A DNA stretch of 64,000 bases from Candidatus Nanohalarchaeota archaeon (GTDB lineage Archaea > Nanohalarchaeota > Nanosalinia > Nanosalinales > Nanosalinaceae), in assembly GCA_022729235.1 (NCBI GenBank), contig JALDAJ010000001.1:736001-800000 (forward strand), given 5' to 3'. The position numbers and the translations under genes were made by a program. The notes under the pieces are model-generated. The model was not told the DNA's origin and searched no databases. It saw only the letters and a list, made by a program, of their open reading frames with translations. Shown here piece by piece: positions 38,559 through 47,666 of this stretch (position 1 is its first letter; every line of letters begins with the position of its first letter).

Positions 38559-39821
38559 CTACTCCTCGACATCGTCTTCTTCCTCGTCTTCCATCTCTTC
38601 TTCTGCTTCGTGCTCCGCTTTCTTTTCGAGGTTAGGAACCATCTCTTCTGTGTCAGCTGCCTGCGCGATGGAGGATGTGTCCATGTCGGGCGCCATCTCC
38701 TCTGCCTGACCTTCTTTCATCTCCTGGAGGTCTTTCCCTACGCGGGATATGAAGTCGTGGGTGTCGTTCTTGAGCTCGTACAGCTCTTTCTCGTTGACTT
38801 CTTCTAGTTCTTTCTCCTTTATCTTTTCGACCACGTCTTCCCACCTGTCGAACATCTCGAGGTGGTTTTCGTCAACGTCAAGATTCTCCTCTACGACCTC
38901 CGGTAGATCGTCCTTGTCTTCCGGTGGTTCGACATCCTGTGCCCTTAGTGCTGCAACGTTTGCCTTGAGGAACTGCTTGTAATCATCTATTATTCCCTTG
39001 ACTTTTTTCTTCGCGCCGAGCTGTGACACAAGCTTGTGCATTCTCCGGACGAAGTCGTCCGCCTTTTCCAGGTGTTCTTCGACTTCTTCTCCTTTAACTT
39101 TTTGTGGGTTCTTTTCTCCCTTGTCTCCGAAGTCGTAGAGTTCCTGTGCGATTTCAACGTATTCTTCTTCCAGCATCTCCTGTTCGACGAACATCTCTTC
39201 AAGCGTCTCCGGGACTCTTTCCTTTGCAGGGGGCTGTTTACCGACTAGCATGATTGGTGCCTGTCCAGCGTTAGCCATCACCTGCTCAAGCTTGTGAGGG
39301 ATTGATGACTTGAAGTTCTTCTCCGCCTTCTTGTAGCCTGCAGCAGCCATCTTCAAACGTTTCTTCACTGATTCTCGTGTGGCAGATATCTTACCGCGTT
39401 CCAGCAGTCTTTTAGCTGGCATGAAAATCCCGACGTCGTAAACCGGTTCTCCGTTCCTGACTGCTTCGATTGCGAGTGGTTCGCCTTTTCTTAGAGAGTT
39501 CCAGAATTCTGTTAGGAATGGGAAGTACTGGATGGTTATCCTGTCGTCAGTCTCTTTTGCGAGTTCGGTGACCTTGGTCTGTATCTTGTTTCTCGCGTCC
39601 TGGGGTACATCGTTCTGTAGTTTGGTGTCGTCAAGTATTACCAGTGTGTCGATGTCGCTGTCGTATCCGTGTTCGCCCTGCGGGACCGAGCCCCAGACTG
39701 CGACGCATTTTACCTTGTCCCCGAGTTTATCTACTAGTTTGTCTGCGAATTCTTCTGCAGCTTCTATACGTCTCTCCTGCGATTTCTCTCGCATCTCCTT
39801 AACTTTGTCGGCACCACTCAT
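38559..39821 (-). CDS. Nucleotidyltransferase (Pol-beta/MNT) fused to degenerate HEPN-like helical domains
   Basis: VWGSVPQG...DSDIDTLVILDD NTase motif; following helical bundles lack Rx4-6H; acidic tail; own TATA (TTTATAAA at about 39855). Confidence 0.85.
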   Translation of the reverse strand: MSGADKVKEMREKSQERRIEAAEEFADKLVDKLGDKVKCVAVWGSVPQGEHGYDSDIDTLVILDDTKLQNDVPQDARNKIQTKVTELAKETDDRITIQYFPFLTEFWNSLRKGEPLAIEAVRNGEPVYDVGIFMPAKRLLERGKISATRESVKKRLKMAAAGYKKAEKNFKSSIPHKLEQVMANAGQAPIMLVGKQPPAKERVPETLEEMFVEQEMLEEEYVEIAQELYDFGDKGEKNPQKVKGEEVEEHLEKADDFVRRMHKLVSQLGAKKKVKGIIDDYKQFLKANVAALRAQDVEPPEDKDDLPEVVEENLDVDENHLEMFDRWEDVVEKIKEKELEEVNEKELYELKNDTHDFISRVGKDLQEMKEGQAEEMAPDMDTSSIAQAADTEEMVPNLEKKAEHEAEEEMEDEEEDDVEE

Positions 39822-39896
39822 AACAGAACCACATTTAGAGTCTTCTTTCATAAATTTATAAACCTTGCAGTGCAGTTGTCACTTCTAAGTACTTAC

Positions 39897-42353
39897 TTAT
39901 CGGTATTCTTCGCTCTTCCACTGTCCGCCTCTAGCCTGACCCTGTTCGATAGCTCCCTGACTGGAGAATGTATCATCGAAACTTCTAGCCTGTAAAAGGC
40001 CGTCAAGCGGGTCGAAGGCGTGCTCCTCGATCTTTGCCCATTCCCGGTGGTAGCTCCCTTTGTCCATGCCGAAGAACCGCGCGACCAGTTCCTGTTCGAC
40101 CGTCTCAAATTCTCCATCTGTCGGTATTTCTGCTAGTATTTCGTCGAGCTCGTCCGGTGCTATACCTCTCTTTATCATATCCATGGCGACCCGGGTGACG
40201 TACATCTCCTCCCTGTACTCGCCACCGACCTCGAATATTATACGTGCCTCGTCTTTCTCGTTGCGGGCAAAACCGTTCTTGACCATGTGGTAAAGCCAGT
40301 AGTAAAGTGTCTCGTCTCCCCTAGTGAAAGGTCCGTGCCGGTGACCCTGTTGCTGCTCCCATCCTGGCTTTGTTAGGTGGTATGTTTTGACTATCTTTGC
40401 CAGCGGTTTGTCAGGGTCGATATCTAATTCGGGGTAGTCCCTTGCGAGTTCCTTCTCGTTTCTGATAAGTTTCTCCATCTCCTGCCAAGGATCGACTCCG
40501 TAGGACGCGGTGTGCTCCATGTCGATGGTGAACTTGACAAGGTTATCTCTGTAATCCTCTCCTAGGTCATAGCGCGCCTGCCGGTTGATGGCGTGGCAGA
40601 CTATCGCGATATCTTTAGGGCGCCATACCCTGTTAAGCTCTCCTGGGCTGCCAAACATAGCCTCTATGTTTATCTTCAGGCCGAACTTGTTCATCCACTC
40701 TATCCACGTGTACGGATTTTCCAGGTCTGGTTCCTCGTAGTTTTCTGATTCTATCACGGTCTGTTCAAAAGCCTCTTCTTCGAATTTGTCTTCTGACTGG
40801 GTGAAGTGACCCCAGATGTAGCAGGCCCCGACCGCGGCGATTACGTCCAGCTCGTTCTCCCTTCTTTCGTCTAGGAATGCCTCGAAGTCTTCATGTTCTT
40901 CAAAGTATGGCTGGTCTCCTTCGACCTCGTCGCTCTCCTCAAAACTCTGTCTGAGCACGTTTTCCCAGATGAACTGTGGCACTTCGCCGTCTACCTCCGC
41001 GGTCTGCATCCAGGCCGGCATTATCTGGAAGAAGATGTTCGCCTCCTGGATTATCTCATCCCGGAACAGTCGCTGGACCAAGTTCTCCATGATAGGTTTA
41101 CGGATGTTTTCCCAGTCCTCGCTGGCGAACGCCAACTCCTTCGCCGCCTCCTTTAGTTCTGGTCGTTCTGCCGCCTTCTGGTAGATCTGGCTTTCAGTGA
41201 TTTCGTCGATTTTACTTACGATGGAGCGTGTCTTGGCGTTAACAGATATTATGCTATCGCCTCCATTTATACCCCAGAGTCTCTCCGTTATCACCTCATC
41301 GACAGCCTCTCTTACCTCTTCATAGTCGTAGTCTATGATTTCTTGAAGATCTATTCCTTGAACCTGTCCTTCTCGCAACTGATATAAGACGTCACCTAGA
41401 GGCCTTAACAGGTCTCTTGGGGTTTGCTGCTGAATACTGGCGACCGTTTGTATCAACTGCGCCAGATTATCTATATTATCTGCATCTTCTTCATCTCCTG
41501 CCATGTTATATGGCCCGATTCCATAGTTTTCTGCTTCTTCCCTGAATGTCCTGCTGACACCTCCCTGTATCTGGTTGGCTGTCTGGACCACATCTATCCT
41601 CTCTTCTGTATCCTGCGTCCTGTTTTCGAAATATCCGTCCACGATCTCCTCCTTTGCATCGTTCCATTCATCTCTGAATTCATCCGAAAAGTCGGAGAAT
41701 ATCCCCTCGTATATCTGTCCCGGCTGGTCGACGTTGGGTATGAAGAAGTAGTCGAAGAGTTTTTTCATGAACTCCCGGTTCCGGTAGATGTTGTAATCCT
41801 TGCCGTCATCACTGATGTCTCTCAGGCGTTCTCCGAACGGGTCGACTGATATGTCGCTTGCAAGTCTTTCTTCTCTCGGGGGTATGCTTTCGTTGGAGGC
41901 GTGCATGTTGACGTAGCCGACGTCGAAAAGTCCGTCTTCATCTCCTCGTTGTTCGGTCATCTCCCACCTGAAGCTTGCCATCTGCTCCAGGTAACGCTTG
42001 AAGTAGCGGTGGACGATGTTGTAGCCCTGGACTCCCTGTCCTCTGGTAGCGTATGCGCCGGTGAAGCCGATGTTCGGGTCGCCGTGGAGGGTGATGTCGT
42101 CGAACCCGAGCTGGTTGATGACGTTCATGAGTTCCGGGCGGTCGATCTGGAAGGTTGCAGGATTGGATATCTGTATCTCCATGATACCTCCTCCGATCTG
42201 TGCCATACGCCCGATACGCTGGTCGAGCGGAGACGGCACCTGTCCTACATCCAGTCCCGAGGTGTTTCCTACCTGGTAGTGTAAATCGGTTAACTCGCCT
42301 TCCGTATCTTCAGTCTTTAGTTTCTTCTTGATAGAGTCTATGAGGAAAGCCAT
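39897..42353 (-). CDS. Large endonuclease IV / xylose isomerase-like TIM-barrel metalloenzyme with a ~400-aa insertion
   Basis: Ordered motifs MEIQ, TLHG, NMHAS, [insert], NIEAM, TIDMEH, TYHL, GHRHGP, IFEVG. Confidence 0.75.
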   Translation of the reverse strand: MAFLIDSIKKKLKTEDTEGELTDLHYQVGNTSGLDVGQVPSPLDQRIGRMAQIGGGIMEIQISNPATFQIDRPELMNVINQLGFDDITLHGDPNIGFTGAYATRGQGVQGYNIVHRYFKRYLEQMASFRWEMTEQRGDEDGLFDVGYVNMHASNESIPPREERLASDISVDPFGERLRDISDDGKDYNIYRNREFMKKLFDYFFIPNVDQPGQIYEGIFSDFSDEFRDEWNDAKEEIVDGYFENRTQDTEERIDVVQTANQIQGGVSRTFREEAENYGIGPYNMAGDEEDADNIDNLAQLIQTVASIQQQTPRDLLRPLGDVLYQLREGQVQGIDLQEIIDYDYEEVREAVDEVITERLWGINGGDSIISVNAKTRSIVSKIDEITESQIYQKAAERPELKEAAKELAFASEDWENIRKPIMENLVQRLFRDEIIQEANIFFQIMPAWMQTAEVDGEVPQFIWENVLRQSFEESDEVEGDQPYFEEHEDFEAFLDERRENELDVIAAVGACYIWGHFTQSEDKFEEEAFEQTVIESENYEEPDLENPYTWIEWMNKFGLKINIEAMFGSPGELNRVWRPKDIAIVCHAINRQARYDLGEDYRDNLVKFTIDMEHTASYGVDPWQEMEKLIRNEKELARDYPELDIDPDKPLAKIVKTYHLTKPGWEQQQGHRHGPFTRGDETLYYWLYHMVKNGFARNEKDEARIIFEVGGEYREEMYVTRVAMDMIKRGIAPDELDEILAEIPTDGEFETVEQELVARFFGMDKGSYHREWAKIEEHAFDPLDGLLQARSFDDTFSSQGAIEQGQARGGQWKSEEYR

Positions 42354-42357
42354 GATA

Positions 42358-44037
42358 TCACTTCATCGTGTACAGACCAAGTCCGAGCTTGAAGTCGTAG
42401 TAGTAATTGAACTTCATTTCGTCCCGGAGCTCCTGCATCAGACCTGGTTCATCAGGGATTTTGAACTTGTCAGTCTGACCTGTTACCGACCTGACTTTCT
42501 TTTCCAGGTCGCCATACATCTCATCGTCTTCGTCATTGTCTTTCCTCAGTTCGGCGTCCAGTACTTCTTCCATTATCTCAAGCACATCTTCATCATCGCC
42601 ACTGTACCGCTCATTTATCTCGTCCAGACTGTCGATTCCGTCTTCGATACGTCTTATCGTAGCTGAGAACTCTACCGGTATATCTCCGTCCGCCTCATCA
42701 GCTACTTTCTGGCGTAGCTTCTCGATTGATATGCCATCGCCGTCATCCGCTTCTTTCCTTGCTTTTTTTAGTTTCTCTGCGTCTTCAGGAGTTAGGCTTT
42801 CACCTTTGTACTCCTTGACAACCTGTTCCAGCTGGTTCTGCTGTCTTTCTATCTTTTGTTTGAAGAAGTTTTCGAAAACGTGTTTGCAAGTTATTATAGG
42901 GTGCAACGAGATCTGTGCGACCGAGGGACCCTGTGCTGGTGTCTGTGGTTGATCCCAGCCCGCCAGGTTGATGTGTAGTGCGGTGATGTATATCACGCGG
43001 TAATGGGTGGGGTCCTCATCGCCCGCGATTTTCATGATGCCGTGGTCGTTTACCATTCCCTTATAGGCAATGAACTCCAGTCGCCTGAACTGGGTTGCAG
43101 TGCCTTTGAATGTGAAGTAGGTGTTCATCTCGCCCTTGAGATCTTCCAGTCCTCCTTCGTTAATCATTAGCATGTCGCGTACGTAGGGTGCTAACCAGTC
43201 CTTTGTCTCATTGATTGAACGCTCGATGCTGCGGAGTTGCTGTTTAAGATCTTTCAACTTTCTCTGTATCTCACTCCCGTAAAGATCCTTCCATTTTTCA
43301 TACATCGCCCACTTCTTCTTCAGTATCGCCTTCTCGTTGTTAGGGACCTCATTCAGTCTCGGTCTGTCATATTTTGATTTTTCAGGGTCTTTCAGGTCAT
43401 CATGACCTCTCATCTCCTGGAAGTCTGCAACGATTGAAGGATAAATATTGTTGTCTCTGTAGAACTTGAGTGATGCCTCATCTCCCCCCTGTCCGCCGGC
43501 TGCCCCGGCACCATCAACCAGCTCTATGAAGTCTCCCTTGATTATGTTCTCGTCACCTGATCTCATGTTTTCTGCACGCGTCCTCAGCTTGCGGATGTCG
43601 TGCTCCAGCATGTGTTTCTGCTGGGTGAGGTTTGAGATATTTCTCATCGTCTCTCTGACATTCTGCTCTGACTGGTTCTTCCTCTGCATGTATTCTCCAT
43701 GGAGCTGGCTCTGCGGTGAAACAAATATTTTTTCCTCGGTTTTCTTGACTGTGTAGTCAAGGTCTTCGTCCCATTTATCCGCTGCATCCAGCGCCGCTGC
43801 CCGTGGAAATCCCTGGCTATCTGACTGAACCTTTACAGTCTTCCAGGGCTCTCCGACTAGGGCGTCTATTCCTTTATTCTCATTTTTCAGTTCATTCAGG
43901 TCTCCTATAGTACCGTCAACTATTTTTTTGTGTACTTCCGGGTCTACCCCGCCCGCGGATACATCTCCCCTGTCTTCGTGTGTGTTAGTAAGGAGGACGT
44001 GCCCGAACTTGCATGTTTTGTCTCCGTCGTGGCTCAC
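42358..44037 (-). CDS. Uncharacterised coiled-coil protein with a possible XRE-like HTH near the C-terminus
   Basis: Heptad stretches (aa ~115-160 and ~255-285); KLKKARKEA...ISIEKL...TIRRIEDG; stop 4 nt from the next gene's start. Confidence 0.75.
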   Translation of the reverse strand: MSHDGDKTCKFGHVLLTNTHEDRGDVSAGGVDPEVHKKIVDGTIGDLNELKNENKGIDALVGEPWKTVKVQSDSQGFPRAAALDAADKWDEDLDYTVKKTEEKIFVSPQSQLHGEYMQRKNQSEQNVRETMRNISNLTQQKHMLEHDIRKLRTRAENMRSGDENIIKGDFIELVDGAGAAGGQGGDEASLKFYRDNNIYPSIVADFQEMRGHDDLKDPEKSKYDRPRLNEVPNNEKAILKKKWAMYEKWKDLYGSEIQRKLKDLKQQLRSIERSINETKDWLAPYVRDMLMINEGGLEDLKGEMNTYFTFKGTATQFRRLEFIAYKGMVNDHGIMKIAGDEDPTHYRVIYITALHINLAGWDQPQTPAQGPSVAQISLHPIITCKHVFENFFKQKIERQQNQLEQVVKEYKGESLTPEDAEKLKKARKEADDGDGISIEKLRQKVADEADGDIPVEFSATIRRIEDGIDSLDEINERYSGDDEDVLEIMEEVLDAELRKDNDEDDEMYGDLEKKVRSVTGQTDKFKIPDEPGLMQELRDEMKFNYYYDFKLGLGLYTMK

Positions 44038-44117
44038 GCCTGTTAATTAGTGGCGACTGTACTTAAAATCAAATCTTGGGGGAAACTTTAATCAACCGTC
44101 CTCGTATAAAACCTTTT

Positions 44118-44810
44118 ATGAGTGTTTTCGATAGTTTGAAGGACTCTTTACCGGGTTCAGGCTCATCCAGTTCATCAGGCTCCCGGTCAGGAGACAGTGA
44201 TTTTGATTCCGATTTCGGATCGGACTTTGACAGCCCTGATTTTGATGACTCCTTCCAGGATAACTCTCCGAGGTCAGGGCAGAATGATCTTGGTCTAGAC
44301 CAGGGAGATACCGGACAGACAGGGTTTGATGGTCCTGGTGGTCAGGGAGAGGGTCTTGACAGTCAGTCGCCTGTTACAGGTCAAGACGGTAGAGGAAGTC
44401 CTGGTGAGCAACAACGGAGTAATCCTCAGCAGAATACTCGTGGTCAGTCCCGGCGGGGTACGCCGTCACAGTCTCGAACTGGACAGCAGAGGGCTAAAGA
44501 TAATCCGTCTCAGACATCTCGTCCGCAGGAGAACCGGTCGCGTAACACACCTCATGACTCTCCTAATCCACAGACGGGAAGACCTCAGAGAGGTAGTGCG
44601 GAGCCACAGCTAAGCAGGCAAACCGAGAAGAAGATGGAGAACGCGGGACTGAAGGATTCGCAGGATCAGTCGGTGGCGGAGCGCAGTGATGAGTTCCAGG
44701 AGTTGAAGAGGCAGAACGAGCAGATAATAGAGCTCCTGAAGAGGATAAACGATAACCTGGAGATGTCCGGGACAGGTCAGTCGGGTGGACGCCACGGCGG
44801 ACGCAGATAA
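44118..44810 (+). CDS. Low-complexity disordered protein with C-terminal coiled coil
   Basis: S/G/D/F-rich N-terminus (DFDSDFGSDFDS), Q/R/S/P-rich middle, ELKRQNEQIIELLKRINDNL. Confidence 0.75.
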   Translation: MSVFDSLKDSLPGSGSSSSSGSRSGDSDFDSDFGSDFDSPDFDDSFQDNSPRSGQNDLGLDQGDTGQTGFDGPGGQGEGLDSQSPVTGQDGRGSPGEQQRSNPQQNTRGQSRRGTPSQSRTGQQRAKDNPSQTSRPQENRSRNTPHDSPNPQTGRPQRGSAEPQLSRQTEKKMENAGLKDSQDQSVAERSDEFQELKRQNEQIIELLKRINDNLEMSGTGQSGGRHGGRR

Positions 44811-44835
44811 AAAACTTGTACGGTGATTTTTACCT

Positions 44836-44997
44836 ATGGATGTAGAGGCAGAACTTCCAGATAATTTTGATAAACTGTCTTCACAGGAAAAAGTAAATGA
44901 ACTAGAATCATTGAGAGACAGGATAGACGACAGTGATGATGCCGGTGCTGTAAAGAAGCGTATAGTTGAAGAACTTATCAGAAACTATTCTCGCTAG
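44836..44997 (+). CDS. 53-aa acidic hypothetical protein (below ORF-track cutoff)
   Basis: MDVEAELPDNFDKLSSQEKVNELESLRDRIDDSDDAGAVKKRIVEELIRNYSR*; GGTGA SD at 44822. Confidence 0.7.
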   Translation: MDVEAELPDNFDKLSSQEKVNELESLRDRIDDSDDAGAVKKRIVEELIRNYSR

Positions 44998-45058
44998 CGG
45001 AATTACTGGAACACTCTTCGCTTGTTTATAAAGGAGGCGTTGAGAACTTTCTTTCGCG

Positions 45059-45190
45059 ATGGTATCAACAGAATATATTTCGCTCGAGGACTTTCAACAG
45101 GAGGAGACGCTCTGGAACGAACTGGGTGTACGCAGTCTTTCCTTGCAGGAGGACTGCTCTGAACAGGAATCAAAGCAGATTCCTGTGTAA
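45059..45190 (+). CDS. 43-aa acidic small protein (below ORF-track cutoff)
   Basis: MVSTEYISLEDFQQEETLWNELGVRSLSLQEDCSEQESKQIPV*; TTTATAAA at 45025-45032. Confidence 0.5.
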   Translation: MVSTEYISLEDFQQEETLWNELGVRSLSLQEDCSEQESKQIPV

Positions 45191-45196
45191 GAGAGG

Positions 45197-45514
45197 TTAG
45201 CCTTGCATAAAGCTCATCAGGGTAAATACTCCTTTCAGGAAGAGGGCTCCAGCTATCCATTCCTTATATCCTGCGAGTACAGGAGGGTTGCCGGTGAAGA
45301 GGATGGCGGCGGATAAGACATCCGCCGCTCCTCCTAACACGTATACAGGCAGAGGCATTCTGGGCGCAGGAAATATGTCGATTAGACCTTTGAAAATTAG
45401 GAACCCTGCATGTCCCTGCGCCATTATGGCAGGTATCGGGGCAATAGTAAACCACAGTAGTGCTCCGGATAGCAGGTCTAGAAGCCCTAGAGGGGAGGGA
45501 TTTATCTTAGCCAT
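45197..45514 (-). CDS. Small multi-pass membrane protein with an internal repeat
   Basis: Two similar halves (DLLSGALL...FKG / DVLSAAIL...LKG). Confidence 0.75.
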   Translation of the reverse strand: MAKINPSPLGLLDLLSGALLWFTIAPIPAIMAQGHAGFLIFKGLIDIFPAPRMPLPVYVLGGAADVLSAAILFTGNPPVLAGYKEWIAGALFLKGVFTLMSFMQG

Positions 45515-45518
45515 ATTC

Positions 45519-45983
45519 TCACTCTAGCTCTATTACCTGGTCAGCCGCGTTCTTAAGTGCGGTCGAGAAGCCGGGACTCATCCCGATTATTACTGTTTCC
45601 TTGCCGTGCTCCTTCGCTTTCTGGATGACAGGGAGGAAGTCCGTGTCCCGGGTCACGAGGACGATTATATCTATCGAGTCGTTGAAGACAGCTTCCATCG
45701 CGTTCACGGCCATGTACACATCGACATCACTGTCTTTGTCTTTTTCTCCACCTAGTCCGAGTGCGGCTTCGAAGCCCTGTGAGACTATCGCCTCGATGAG
45801 TTTTTCGGAGGCGTACTGGTTGAGGAAGACTTTGCCGACTTTGATGTTCCCGAGTTCGCCTATCTCCTCTCTCAGGTAGTCGAGGTCCAGGTCGAATTCT
45901 TTTCTTATGATATTTGGTCCATCGACGAAAACCGCGATGTTGGGTTCCCCACTGACTCTTTCCTTGAACTTTTCCAGTACCAT
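45519..45983 (-). CDS. NYN (PIN-like) domain protein, TIGR00288 type
   Basis: [35 protein letters not shown]. Confidence 0.92.
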   Translation of the reverse strand: MVLEKFKERVSGEPNIAVFVDGPNIIRKEFDLDLDYLREEIGELGNIKVGKVFLNQYASEKLIEAIVSQGFEAALGLGGEKDKDSDVDVYMAVNAMEAVFNDSIDIIVLVTRDTDFLPVIQKAKEHGKETVIIGMSPGFSTALKNAADQVIELE

Positions 45984-46018
45984 GTAACAGGAATTATGCC
46001 GAAGCTATAAACAAGTAA

Positions 46019-46762
46019 TCATCTACCGAATAACTCCTTCGCGTTCCGGGTCGTGGCGTCCACCACTTCTTCTACACCTGTATTTTTGATCTCGGCAATT
46101 CTCTCCGCGCTTTCTATGACGTTTATAGGTTCGTTTCTCTCTCCCTGGTACAGGAAAGGAGAGTCGGTCTCAAGTAGCATGTCTTCTGTATTTATTGCCT
46201 CCACTATTTCTTGTACCTGGCTGGAATACAGGACCTGTGTTGTCACGCCGATTTTCATACCGTTCTCGACTGCGTCCCTTGCAAGCCTGGGAGAACCGTT
46301 GAAGCAGTGGAGCATCACCTGGGGGATGTCGTATTCCTTAAGAATATCGACTGCCTTTTCCTCCGCATCACGGGAATGCACGACTACTGGAAGCTCCAGT
46401 TCCTCTGCAAGCTCCAGCATCTCGCGGAAAATTTCTTCCTGTCTATCCCTCAGTTCGCTGTCGGTGACATGGTGGTAGTCCAGTCCTATCTCTCCTACTG
46501 CTGCCGGTTTATTCTCCCGGATTTGTTGTTTTACTTCTTCAAGCTGGTTGAAGCTGTCTGTGTATACAGGGTGTAGTCCGAGGTTGGATACCGCGATTTC
46601 AGGGTATTTCTTTTCAAGCTGTATAGCTGACTGGTTATGCTCGACGTTACTGCCGGCAGTTACTACGAATTCCAGCTTTTCCCGGCAATTTTCTATCACT
46701 TCGTCCCTGTCAGAATCGAACTGTTCAAAGTCAAGGTGGCAGTGGCTGTCAACGGGTTTCAT
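46019..46762 (-). CDS. tatD: TatD family hydrolase
   Basis: DSHCHL, GLHP, VGEIGLDY, VHSRDA, LHCF, LETDSP. Confidence 0.96.
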   Translation of the reverse strand: MKPVDSHCHLDFEQFDSDRDEVIENCREKLEFVVTAGSNVEHNQSAIQLEKKYPEIAVSNLGLHPVYTDSFNQLEEVKQQIRENKPAAVGEIGLDYHHVTDSELRDRQEEIFREMLELAEELELPVVVHSRDAEEKAVDILKEYDIPQVMLHCFNGSPRLARDAVENGMKIGVTTQVLYSSQVQEIVEAINTEDMLLETDSPFLYQGERNEPINVIESAERIAEIKNTGVEEVVDATTRNAKELFGR

Positions 46763-46799
46763 GGTTAGAAGGTGTAGAGGCATACCTTTAAAACTCGTA

Positions 46800-46852
46800 T
46801 GTATTACAAAATCTGTCTTATATTGTTTATATCAGATATTTGTATTACAAAA
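46800..46852. promoter_or_regulatory. Twin operator TGTATTACAAAA flanking a TATA box
   Basis: Identical 12-mers at 46800-46811 and 46841-46852 (palindromic core TGTA-T-TACA) around TTTATAT at 46826. Confidence 0.6.
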
Positions 46853-47063
46853 AATGGCGGAGCTCTCATTTTTTCTTTCATTTGGTCCAGGTGTAAGAGA
46901 TAAAACCTCTCCTGATATCCTGTTTTAATTACGTATAGAAGATGCATTCTTGCGTTTTAAGGTGTTTAGAAAGGTTTTCTCCCGTTTCAGGTAGGATGAA
47001 GCTCTAGCAGTTAGTTTTTTAGTAGAGTCTTCCAAAATGACCTGTAAAGGGGGTGAAGGAAAC

Positions 47064-47375
47064 ATGGTTCTAGGACTTGAACTGACTGCAGGACTAGTTG
47101 GCTTTGGAACTGCTATCACTCTGACAGGTCTCGCTGTACTGTGGAACTACAGCTCTCTGCCAGAAGTAAGGTGGTCAGAGATTACCGCAGGAGTGATGGC
47201 GTTCGTTGCCGGTGCAGGACTCGAAGTTCTTGCAGGCGGTGACGCGCTAGGAGTCTGGACGGCAGTAGTGGCGCTTGACCAGCTGGTAGCAGCGCTTTAC
47301 GTTGCTGGTGGACTGCTGGTTCTTGTAGGTGGTCTGGTCAACAGCTTCCAGCTCCTGCAGAGACAGTATGGTTAG
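47064..47375 (+). CDS. Small 3-TM membrane protein
   Basis: Hydrophobic segments; GGTGA SD upstream. Confidence 0.75.
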   Translation: MVLGLELTAGLVGFGTAITLTGLAVLWNYSSLPEVRWSEITAGVMAFVAGAGLEVLAGGDALGVWTAVVALDQLVAALYVAGGLLVLVGGLVNSFQLLQRQYG

Positions 47376-47413
47376 TGATTCTCCAATCTTCTTCTCTTTT
47401 CTTTTTCTCGTCC

Positions 47414-47608
47414 TTACACTAGGAGATTCTCAAGTTTTTCCTCGACTTGGTCAACATCTCCTCTGTTCAGCATCCGTTGCATCTGAGCCGCGTCTTTATC
47501 GCTCACGTGTTTGGAGCCGACAACCTGCTCATAGAAACCTTCTGTATCTCCTGAAGAACCATTTCTCAAGTAGTTTTCTCTCACGTACTCTAGATGTTCT
47601 TTGCTCAT
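47414..47608 (-). CDS. Hypothetical protein
   Basis: 64-aa ORF. Confidence 0.5.
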   Translation of the reverse strand: MSKEHLEYVRENYLRNGSSGDTEGFYEQVVGSKHVSDKDAAQMQRMLNRGDVDQVEEKLENLLV

Positions 47609-47666
47609 ATTATCCGGAAAAAGATTTAGAATAAAAAGTTAAATTAGTTGTACTTCAGCACAACAT

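Noticed and set aside
45003-45260. 85-aa minus-strand ORF from the track
   Set aside because: Basic, Pro/Ser-rich composition unlike this proteome; a plus-strand acidic ORF with a TATA box (45059-45190) explains the region better.
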